Shown in pieces: positions 21,228-29,252 of a DNA stretch of 64,000 nt. Made by a program: the position numbers and the translations under genes. The notes under the pieces were generated by a model. That model did no database searches and was not told the origin of the DNA. It saw only the letters and a program-made list of their open reading frames with translations. Position 1 is the first letter of the stretch. Each line of letters opens with the position of its first letter. Where the stretch lies: the sequence record MK250029.1; one strand, given 5' to 3'.

Positions 21228-22100
21228 ATGAAAAATATTAATCTTCTTGATAGTTATAATTCAGAAGTGAAGTATGAACTTACTACATTTCCGGATGGTG
21301 AACCACATATTAAGTTCCTTGAAGATATTGATCGAAAGGATTCTTATAATGTAGTATGTAGAATTACAAATCCTACAGAATTGTTTGTAGTTATGCAGGT
21401 TGGACATATTTTGAAGCGACAAGGTGTATTGTTTAATCTCACTATTTTGTATCTTATGTCTATGCGAATGGATAGAGTTATTAATTTCAATGAGGCATTT
21501 ACGTTGGAAATTGTTGCAAATATGATTAACAGTTTCGATGCTGAGCATGTGTACATTTTTGAAGCACATTCTGACCGTACATTTAAATTGATTAAGAATT
21601 CAGAACCTTATTATGCACTTAATATGAATAGTGATTATAATAAGATGCGTGAAGATTTGTATGAATCTGAGAATTCTGTTATTTGTTATCCAGATCATGG
21701 AGCATATGAGCGTTACAGTAAGGATTTTTATCCTACATCTGCATATCTTTGTATGAATAAGGTTCGTGACCTTGATAATAAGGGTGTTATCAAGTCTATG
21801 GAAATTTCTGAAATTCATCTTCCACTTATGACTGAAGATGAAGTAAAGCAGATTACCATTATTGATGATTTGTGTGATGGTGGTGGCACTTTCTGTTGGG
21901 CTGCTAACATTCTTCGTGAACGATTTGGGAAGGATGTAAAGCTTAATATTTTTATTAAGCATCTTGTAAATCCTGTAGGTCTTGAGAAACTTATCAATTC
22001 ATTTGATAATGTTTATATTACTGATTCTTACAAAGATTGGGAATCTAAAGTAATTATTTTAAATGCACAAAAGAAAGTACATATTATTCATTTAACATAA
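21228..22100 (+). CDS. prs: Ribose-phosphate pyrophosphokinase-like protein (PRS family)
   Basis: FPDGE, YLMSMRMDR, EAHS, VICYPDHGA, PRPP-binding loop IIDDLCDGGGTF. Confidence 0.85.
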   Translation: MKNINLLDSYNSEVKYELTTFPDGEPHIKFLEDIDRKDSYNVVCRITNPTELFVVMQVGHILKRQGVLFNLTILYLMSMRMDRVINFNEAFTLEIVANMINSFDAEHVYIFEAHSDRTFKLIKNSEPYYALNMNSDYNKMREDLYESENSVICYPDHGAYERYSKDFYPTSAYLCMNKVRDLDNKGVIKSMEISEIHLPLMTEDEVKQITIIDDLCDGGGTFCWAANILRERFGKDVKLNIFIKHLVNPVGLEKLINSFDNVYITDSYKDWESKVIILNAQKKVHIIHLT

Positions 22101-22199
22101 TTTAAATTTTATTGTCTGAATAATTTTATTATAAAGTTGTTCAGACTTTTTTATTTTTTATTATATAACAATATATATATAACGAAAAAATTATTATAC

Positions 22200-22796
22200 A
22201 TGGAAAAGAATTTTAATAACGAAATTGATGAGATGGATGATGTTTTGAATCCAGATGAAATAATTGATGATACTAGTTCAGATATTAATGAGGACGATAT
22301 TGTCACAGATGAGGATGATAATGAATATGTATCAAAGGAGTATGCAGATAAACTTATTTCAGAATTGAAAACAACAAAAGAAGATGCTGATACATGGAAG
22401 AATAAGTATATGTATGCATTATCTGATTTTGAAACATATAAGAGAAATTCGCAGAAGGATAAGCAGAATATTTTGAAATATGGTAATGAAAAAGTAATTA
22501 AGGATATTCTACCTATTATCGATGATTTTGATAGAGCATTTATGCATATGGATGCCGAAACAAAAGATGGTGTTATGCTTATCTATAAGAATTTTATTTC
22601 TGTATTAGAGAAACATGACGTTACTATTATTCCAGCAGAACCAGGTGATAAATTTAATGAGAATATTCATGAAGCAATTTCTGTGGTTCCTGCTATGGAA
22701 GATGAGCAGAAAGGCACAATTGCAGATTGTGTAACAAAGGGATATATGTTACTTGATAAAGTTATCAGATATTCTAAAGTAATTGTATTTAATTAA
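22200..22796 (+). CDS. grpE: Nucleotide exchange factor GrpE
   Basis: YALSDFETYKR, ILPIIDDFDRA, GDKFNENIHEAI, KGYMLLDKVIRYSKVIV. Confidence 0.93.
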   Translation: MEKNFNNEIDEMDDVLNPDEIIDDTSSDINEDDIVTDEDDNEYVSKEYADKLISELKTTKEDADTWKNKYMYALSDFETYKRNSQKDKQNILKYGNEKVIKDILPIIDDFDRAFMHMDAETKDGVMLIYKNFISVLEKHDVTIIPAEPGDKFNENIHEAISVVPAMEDEQKGTIADCVTKGYMLLDKVIRYSKVIVFN

Positions 22797-23041
22797 AATA
22801 GAATATCATAATTATAGTTATATGAAGTATTAAATATATCATCAATATTTAATTGTTGAAATTGCTTCTACTATATACTCATATCAAAATCAAATCTATT
22901 TTCAGATTTATTATATTTTGCTATTGTTTTATCAAAATCAAATTGATTATCAGTATCAAATATTGATCTGAGTGTATAGTTTTTACCATTATGACGTAAA
23001 GTTTTAACAAATTCTCTATTAGTTGGATATTTTCTATTCAT
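22793..23041 (-). CDS. Small hypothetical protein (82 aa, TAG=Gln)
   Basis: MNRKYPTNREFVKTLRH...; stop overlaps the grpE stop. Confidence 0.45.
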
Positions 23042-23176
23042 ATTAATTATATATTAATTATAATATATTTATTTTAATGTTAATGAATATTAAAATATAT
23101 ATGATTATTTTTATTATTGAAAATATATATGTATCTTTGTATCATAATTAATAAAATAGAATTAAAATATATAATT

Positions 23177-23707
23177 ATGGCAGAAATTACAGTAAAGACA
23201 ATTAATTGGTTTGATATTAAGGATGATGTAAAAATCATTAAGGAAAATAAAGCATCAAATCGTATTAATAACCGTAAAGTGTTAATGCATCATAAGAATA
23301 ATATTAATACACTAGATGGTTCTATTAATGTAAATCATGCAATTTGCAAGAAGGTTACTGCAAAGAATATTGAACCATTTGAAGGTATACTTGTATATAA
23401 TCCAAATGATAGAGTAAAATATCATTGTGATGGCGGACTTTTTAATGGTAAGACTATTTGTGTAAAGTGTCGTTCTGATGCATATAATTTTGGAGGTAAT
23501 TTTACATTTACAGAAGATGATTTATCTGCAGATATGATTGCTGTATATTACTATGATCCAGATACTAATCTTGGTCATTGGTTCCTTTGTGATAGAAGTC
23601 GTTTGAGAAAGAATAAGATGAGGAAGTCACAAAGTATTTATATTTGTCATCAGGATTATATTAAGGATCATGCTTGGTGTGAATATACAGTAACGTTTGA
23701 TAGATAA
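23177..23707 (+). CDS. Hypothetical protein
   Basis: Intact ORF behind the TATCTTTG box at 23132. Confidence 0.8.
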   Translation: MAEITVKTINWFDIKDDVKIIKENKASNRINNRKVLMHHKNNINTLDGSINVNHAICKKVTAKNIEPFEGILVYNPNDRVKYHCDGGLFNGKTICVKCRSDAYNFGGNFTFTEDDLSADMIAVYYYDPDTNLGHWFLCDRSRLRKNKMRKSQSIYICHQDYIKDHAWCEYTVTFDR

Positions 23708-23803
23708 TTTAAATTTTTTGAAAAAAAGTTCTCAAAATTACAGACTTTTGAAAAAAATTTAGATATATATAATATATAGTAAAATAAAATAAGTAAAGAG
23801 ATT

Positions 23804-23932
23804 ATGAAAACTTTAAATATGACATATGGTATGCATCCTGTTTGTGGTATGGTTCACATGTTCCCATGTGGAGGTGGTCGACCTATGTCTATACTTGAGT
23901 GTTTAAAGTTTTCTTGTATGTTGCAATCATAA
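23804..23932 (+). CDS. Short leader-like peptide (42 aa, Met/Cys/Gly-rich)
   Basis: MKTLNMTYGMHPVCGMVHMFPCGGGRPMSILECLKFSCMLQS, followed by a terminator and then the tRNA cluster. Confidence 0.45.
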   Translation: MKTLNMTYGMHPVCGMVHMFPCGGGRPMSILECLKFSCMLQS

Positions 23933-23960
23933 CCGGTTAACTCAACATATATACAAATTT

Positions 23961-24009
23961 AACCTCAAGTAGAATTTTGATCAATTTTCTACTTGAGGTT
24001 TTTCTTTTT
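23961..24009 (+). terminator. Intrinsic terminator immediately upstream of tRNA-His
   Basis: AACCTCAAGTAGAA/TTCTACTTGAGGTT 14-bp stem plus T tract. Confidence 0.8.
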
Positions 24010-24011
24010 AT

Positions 24012-24086
24012 GGTCCGTCTGGTGTAATTGGTAACATGGCAGATTGTGGTTCTGCAGTACAGGGTTCGAGCCCCTAACGTGACCCA
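24012..24086 (+). tRNA. tRNA-His(GTG), imperfect acceptor stem
   Basis: Anticodon arm GCAGA-TTGTGGT-TCTGC, D-loop AATTGGTAA, T-loop TTCGAGC. Confidence 0.85.
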
Positions 24087-24153
24087 ATTTAATTTTTAAG
24101 TAAACTATTAATATAGTTCTTAATATAATTATAAGAATATTTTATATTAATAT

Positions 24154-25154
24154 ATGGAAATTAAATAGTTTACAGATGATGCATTAAAACATGTATTTGA
24201 AATATGTACATCAACAATGAATATATTGGAATTATTAGGTTATGAACCATATAAAATAAGAGGATAGAAATGTAAAGAAATATTAAAAATATATGCTAAT
24301 TAGATTGGTGTCAATATAGAAGATTATAAATCAAATAATATAAAATTTAGGATATATAATGAATTACATCCTGTATGTAAAACATGTGGTAAGGACTTAA
24401 CATATTTTCAATATAAGCAAAAATAGGAATTTTGTTGTTCATCATGTGCAGCAACTTATAATAATAAACATAGGATATTATCAAAAAATATACTTAAAAA
24501 ATTTTCATAGGAACAAAACATAGAAGAACTATAGTCCAGAAAACGAAATTATGTATTAAATACAGAGTTAATTAAACAAGGTAAAATCTTAAATGATAAA
24601 AATATTACATATAAAGAACATTATATAGATATAACCAAACTTGGCGTACATATATGTCAAGTATGCGGAAATACATTTATACCTTCAATTACAGTAAAGG
24701 GAAATATATCTAAGTCTACTACATGTTCTGATATATGTCATAAATAGTTAGTAAGTGAAAAATCAAAATAGGCACTTTAGAAACTTATTAATGACGGTCG
24801 GCATAAAGGCTGGATGTCTAGAAATATTACAAGTTATCCAGAAAATTTTTGGATTAATGTATTAAATAATAATCATATAGTTTTTACACGTGAATTTAAA
24901 GTAAAAAAACGTTGTGGATATTATTATTTCTTGGATTTTTTATAGAGCATAATGGATATAAAATTGATTTAGAAATAGATGGACAACAACATAAGTATAG
25001 GAAAGAACATGATATTAAGAGAGATGAATATCTTACATCATTAAATTATATCGTTTATAGGATTGAGTGGAATACTATAAATACGGAAAATGGAAAATTA
25101 TTGATGAAAGAAAAAATTGATAATTTTTTAAATTGGTTTAATAATTTAGAGTAA
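24154..25154 (+). CDS. Zn-ribbon plus Vsr/DUF559-like endonuclease inside the tRNA cluster; needs a -1 frameshift at 24936-24942
   Basis: Frame 0 is open (TAG=Gln) to YYYFLDF; the catalytic continuation IEHNGYKIDLEIDGQQH...RDEYL...VYRIEWN lies in the -1 frame. Confidence 0.75.
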
Positions 25155-25170
25155 AATTATTAAATTATAT

Positions 25171-25244
25171 ATGGTAGTAGTTCAATTGGTAGAATGCTAG
25201 TTTTGGGAACTAGTGGTTTGCGGGATCGTGCCCCGCCTACCATA
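25171..25244 (+). tRNA. tRNA-Pro(TGG), atypical T-loop ATCGTGC
   Basis: ATGGTAG/CTACCAT acceptor, CTAGT-TTTGGGA-ACTAG anticodon arm, GCGGG/CCCGC T-stem. Confidence 0.85.
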
Positions 25245-25362
25245 CAGAATCGATAAATCTGATATTATCCTTACGTAATTAATCAGATTTAAAACTTTAG
25301 ATAGTAAGGTATCTATATAATGGAAGTTCACGCCTAAGGGAAGATTTATACATTATAATTTT

Positions 25363-25437
25363 ACTCTGTTAGCTCAATTGGATTAGAGTAATTCGCTACG
25401 AACGAATAGGTTAGGAGTTCGATTCTCTTACAGAGTA
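25363..25437 (+). tRNA. tRNA-Arg(ACG)
   Basis: ACTCTGT/ACAGAGT acceptor, ATTCG-CTACGAA-CGAAT anticodon arm, TTCGATT T-loop. Confidence 0.92.
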
Positions 25438-25446
25438 CAAACATAT

Positions 25447-25519
25447 ATCTCTATAGTTTAAGTGAATAAAATAGGATTTTCCTAAATTCCAGTTACTGGT
25501 TTGATTCCAGTTAGAGATA
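25447..25519 (+). tRNA. tRNA-Arg(CCT)
   Basis: ATCTCTA/TAGAGAT acceptor, GGATT-TTCCTAA-ATTCC anticodon arm with one mismatch, ACTGG/CCAGT T-stem. Confidence 0.8.
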
Positions 25520-25629
25520 CATTAATTATTTTGATAAAAAATAAGAGAAATATATAGACTTTTATTTAATTTCAACATATACATTATGTTAATTGAATGA
25601 ACAGTTAATAATTAATAATAAAAATACTA

Positions 25630-26045
25630 TTAAAATGTGGGGTTTTGAGTGCCCATCATTTAAAGAGTTTCGAGAAGAAGACATTGTATGTAAAAGCATT
25701 AAGTTTCATTTAGCTGATGAAATGTAGTCAAGCGTGATGGTATCGATGTACATGGGTCCATCCGTATAACTTCGGGGAATCATAAGCATTAATCTTGGAG
25801 AGTACAGTTTTTAGTCTGAAATGACGAATTTTCCTACTGGTTGCTCAATATGATATTAAGAGTCGGAGATAATTATTTGTAAGTTCCACAATTACAAGAG
25901 GAAAATGGAATTAAGTTGTCGGAATAACGTGATTATTCTATGTGCGAGTAAGAGAATGAAAGTAGCATTATATGTATGGTGTACGTATGCATATAGAAAC
26001 AAAGCAAATAATAACCCTTAGAGAATTTGCCGAGAAAAGGACATT
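25630..26045 (+). ncRNA. Candidate large structured RNA in the tRNA cluster
   Basis: About 400 nt with raised GC, no long ORF and many local hairpins (TTTCAT/ATGAAA, TTGTAA/TTACAA, GAATAA/TTATTC, TATATGTAT/ATGCATATA). Confidence 0.4.
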
Positions 26046-26062
26046 AATAGTATTTATAATTT

Positions 26063-26221
26063 GCGGGTATAGCACAATGGTTAGTGTGTCGGTCTTCCAT
26101 ACAAGAATAAACTTGTAAAATTAAACTATATGCTAATAATAAATGTGGTATTATAAAATAAGAGTTCGAATCTCTTGCATATAGCAAACCGAAAATGTCG
26201 GTTCGATTCCGATTACCCGCT
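26063..26221 (+). tRNA. tRNA-Gly(TCC) interrupted at 37/38 by an 87-nt insert (26100-26186)
   Basis: Removing the insert gives a perfect cloverleaf: GCGGGTA/TACCCGC, GCAC/GTGT, TCGGT-CTTCCAA-ACCGA, GTCGG-TTCGATT-CCGAT, U73. Confidence 0.9.
26126..26187 (+). ncRNA. Anticodon-less mini-tRNA nested in the tRNA-Gly insert
   Basis: CTATATGC/GCATATAG acceptor-like stem, D-like arm with GG, canonical T-arm AAGAG-TTCGAAT-CTCTT, followed by CAA like neighbouring tRNA 3' ends. Confidence 0.75.
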
Positions 26222-26521
26222 CAAAGATAAAATTAGGTATACATAGTTTTGTATCGAAGCTTTATATTACCATTAGTTGTAATATTCAAATCGTTCGTTG
26301 ACATGGTTATTCCGTGATGTTAGTAGTAAGTTATAATTAATTTATAGCAAACGGAATATTAATAAAAACGTACTCGGCGTTTAAGTTGAATGTACCACGC
26401 TGCCCGTATGGTAGATATTTAATTAAGCATTTAATTAAGTTGAAACATATGTTTAAAAAACTTATGGTACCACGAGTGTTTTCTACGTTGTTTCACTCAT
26501 TTTTTTGATATAATAATATAT

Positions 26522-26578
26522 GAGAGTCATAACAGCAAATTTAGTTCTATTGTTTATTGGGATAACATAAGACTCTTG
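26522..26578 (+). ncRNA. T-armless tRNA-like element, Pro(TGG)-like
   Basis: 7-bp GAGAGTC/GACTCTT stem, ACAGCAAATT motif, TGTTT-ATTGGGA-TAACA arm, 3-nt connector where the variable loop and T-arm should be. Confidence 0.5.
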
Positions 26579-26594
26579 AATCAATTATATTAGG

Positions 26595-26655
26595 GGAGAT
26601 ATTACAGCAAATTATTATTTAGGATCATACTTTTAATATGAAATTCTTGTCTCCT
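26595..26655 (+). ncRNA. T-armless tRNA-like element, Lys(TTT)-like
   Basis: 7-bp GGAGATA/TGTCTCC stem, ACAGCAAATT motif, perfect arm TCATA-CTTTTAA-TATGA, 6-nt AATTCT replacing the variable loop and T-arm. Confidence 0.7.
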
Positions 26656-26663
26656 GTTTATTT

Positions 26664-26743
26664 GGGTAAATGCCTGAGTGGTCGAAGGGAATGATCTGCA
26701 AAATCATTATTATACGTCGTGTGTTCGAATCACACTTTACCCT
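26664..26743 (+). tRNA. tRNA-Cys(GCA) with an extended variable region
   Basis: GGGTAAA/TTTACCC acceptor, ATGAT-CTGCAAA-ATCAT anticodon arm, GTGTG-TTCGAAT-CACAC, U73. Confidence 0.9.
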
Positions 26744-27070
26744 CTAATATAAAATATTTCCGTGGTATACAGCACGTAAAAAGAGGTTGACTTGTATATT
26801 CTATAGACCTACTGTATAATAATATATATGATGTACATGTGAAACACCATGTTCTATTAAGAGTTCATTAACTGAGGTTAATTTTGAATTGCACTGATAT
26901 TAGATGCATAATATATAATGAATATAACGACGGTACTGTGAAATGACTATTATTTTTAGTTGCTTGGAAACGGCGTACGAAGTTTTTATAATAGTGGAAG
27001 TAATGATAAAACAGTTAAATGTAAATCTTTCTGAGACAATGGGGACAACTTGTAGTAAGAGAGTATTTTT

Positions 27071-27174
27071 GTTGATATAGTTTAATGGGAAAACACCCAA
27101 ATCCCAGGGATAAGAGATAATACTTTGAAATAGGTATTAGAAGATTTTAGATGGTTCGATTCCATTTATCAACT
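27071..27174 (+). tRNA. Aberrant or interrupted tRNA, identity undetermined (104 nt)
   Basis: Good acceptor GTTGATA/TATCAAC, D-arm GTTT/AAAC and T-arm GATGG-TTCGATT-CCATT, but about 30 extra nt and no clean anticodon arm. Confidence 0.6.
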
Positions 27175-27183
27175 CAAATTAAT

Positions 27184-27304
27184 GAAGTGTGTAGTTTAAT
27201 TGGTAAAATATCCTTTGAATAGGACTGTGCGCAGATAGAACATAATGTTAGTCATATTAATCGCATTATTGATAATGATGTTGGTTCGATTCCAACGACA
27301 CTTC
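27184..27304 (+). tRNA. Aberrant or interrupted tRNA, identity undetermined (121 nt)
   Basis: GAAGTGT/ACACTTC stem, D-loop AATTGGTA, T-arm GTTGG-TTCGATT-CCAAC, about 45-50 extra nt in the middle. Confidence 0.6.
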
Positions 27305-27590
27305 CTAATAAATAAAAAGATCTCGGTAATTAGATAAAACATTATATGAGTGAAGCAACTCACCATAACTGCAGATAAATGAGTGAGGGACATAAGAGTG
27401 TATGAAGAAAGATGGACTATGGACACCACCATATAATTGCGTTTTCAATAATAGTAAAGTAAACTTTAGTATAAGTTCCATTAACGCTAAAATAGAAACA
27501 TTGTTATTGAAGTCTACTATGCGTGCGATGGTTTAATGAAACCATTGTAGTTCTAAGGCATTGTAAAACGTTTTATTTATTAATTTTTAT

Positions 27591-27664
27591 GGCGAGATAG
27601 CTTAGTTGGTCAGAGCGCAGGATTCATATCCCTGAGGTCGTGTGTTCAAATCACACTTTCGCTA
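27591..27664 (+). tRNA. tRNA-Met(CAT), elongator-like
   Basis: GGCGAGA/TTTCGCT acceptor, CAGGA-TTCATAT-CCCTG arm, GTGTG-TTCAAAT-CACAC. Confidence 0.88.
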
Positions 27665-27779
27665 CTATTATTTTTTGATTGTTTATTTTTATAAGAGGTA
27701 TATCATTTTTTGGTATATCTCTTTTTTATTTAGGAAATAATGTGTATCTTTGAATTGTTATTAATAAAATAGTAATACA

Positions 27780-28259
27780 ATGAAGAAATATAAAGTATAT
27801 CAATTTCGTAGAGAAAACGAAAATATAATTGATGATTATCATGAATCATATGATGCAAGAATGAAAGTTATTGCAGAATATGAGATTTCATCTGATAGAA
27901 ATGATCCTGTTATTATATCAGAAGATATATGGCATATGTGTAATGTTCATTGTTGGGATCATACATGGTCTGATGGACAAGTTGTTAAACGAGATGATAT
28001 TACATTAACACCTACATCTGATTTTGATGGATTTGTTAATAGTGATATTGTAGTTGAAACTTCAGATGGATTATATCTAGCAGAATCATGTGGATTTATG
28101 AAGGTGAATTCATTGAATTATGCTATGCATAGAATTACTGTAAGATTTCCATTTATCTCTTATTATGATATAAGAAATAAAGAGGATTTTAATGAAGATT
28201 TACTTCGTGATATTCGTAATGAAATTCAGAAAGAATATCAGAAGAGAATTGAAGAGTAA
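27780..28259 (+). CDS. Hypothetical protein (early-type, no TAG)
   Basis: Intact ORF behind TATCTTTG at 27745. Confidence 0.8.
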   Translation: MKKYKVYQFRRENENIIDDYHESYDARMKVIAEYEISSDRNDPVIISEDIWHMCNVHCWDHTWSDGQVVKRDDITLTPTSDFDGFVNSDIVVETSDGLYLAESCGFMKVNSLNYAMHRITVRFPFISYYDIRNKEDFNEDLLRDIRNEIQKEYQKRIEE

Positions 28260-28400
28260 TAATAAACAATAGATATTGTTGGCAACATAGAAAATAATTT
28301 TTTGAAATTTTTTCCTAGAATATTTTTTTATTTGGAATAAAACATGTATCTTTGTAATGTAAATAATAAACAAATAATAAACAATTAAAAAATAAAGATT

Positions 28401-28847
28401 ATGAATACAACAGTTAAAATTTCTCCAGCACAGGTTTTCCCAGTAGCTAACAAGATTCGTGCAGCAAAGCACATCTCTATGAAGGAAGCATACGCAGAAG
28501 CAAAGGCACAGCTTATTGCAGAAGCAGAGAATGCAGTGAAGACTGCAGAGACAGTAGTTGAAACACCTACTAATGTAGTTGAGACACCAGCTAATATGAA
28601 GTTGCATACAGAGTTGGTAGAGAAGATGAAGAACGGAAACGTTAAGTTTGTATTCTTCAATAACAAGGGTAAGAAGATTACAACTACAGGTACTCTTGAT
28701 ATGTCAAAGGTTCCTACAAACCGTGAGGTTCAGGGTCGTAAGACTGCGAAGGATGAGAATACTCAGGTATTCTATGATGTTCGACATGGTGTATACCGTT
28801 CTTATCAGAAGGATAAGTTGGTAGAGATTATTTCAAAGAAGAAGTAA
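28401..28847 (+). CDS. SH3 beta-barrel (DUF2693-like) protein
   Basis: VKFVFFNNKGKKITTTGTL...QVFYDVRHGVYRSY resembles the Bacteroidota DUF2693 pattern; host-type promoter at 28347; terminator at about 28866-28913. Confidence 0.6.
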   Translation: MNTTVKISPAQVFPVANKIRAAKHISMKEAYAEAKAQLIAEAENAVKTAETVVETPTNVVETPANMKLHTELVEKMKNGNVKFVFFNNKGKKITTTGTLDMSKVPTNREVQGRKTAKDENTQVFYDVRHGVYRSYQKDKLVEIISKKK

Positions 28848-29252
28848 AATGTCTTATATATGTTAAAGAATAATGGTGAGTTTCTTGTAAGTAGACAATT
28901 CACCATTATTCTTATATAATATATAAATCAATTCGAATAAATATAGAAGTGATTTTATTTAATATGTGAATTGATAATTTGTGAAACATGTGTCTGACGG
29001 AAAGCACATGTATTTTTCGTGCAATGTTCAATTTTAATTAATTTTAATTTTGATAGGTTAAAGGAGTAAACCTATAAGCGCGGAATAATAAAGTCGTATT
29101 GAAAATCAAATTTTGATTCCATAAAAGTTGGAATATGGTTTTTGAAGGCTAAGATGAAGTTATAAAGAATTTAACATATTATATATGTGATATATGTATA
29201 TGTTATTTCTTTTTCATCGAATAATAAAAAATAACATAGAAACAATTAATTT

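Noticed and set aside
25630-26045. tmRNA, RNase P RNA or hammerhead ribozyme
   Set aside because: No tRNA-Ala-like termini with a T-arm, no GAGGAAAGUCC P4 signature, and the CTGATGA lies inside a simple hairpin without the hammerhead three-stem layout
26100-26186. Group I intron in tRNA-Gly
   Set aside because: 87 nt is far too short for the catalytic core, and there is no terminal G or P7 signature
24012-27664. Amber suppressor tRNA (CUA anticodon)
   Set aside because: No cloverleaf or T-armless unit with a CTA anticodon loop was found here; it may lie elsewhere in the genome
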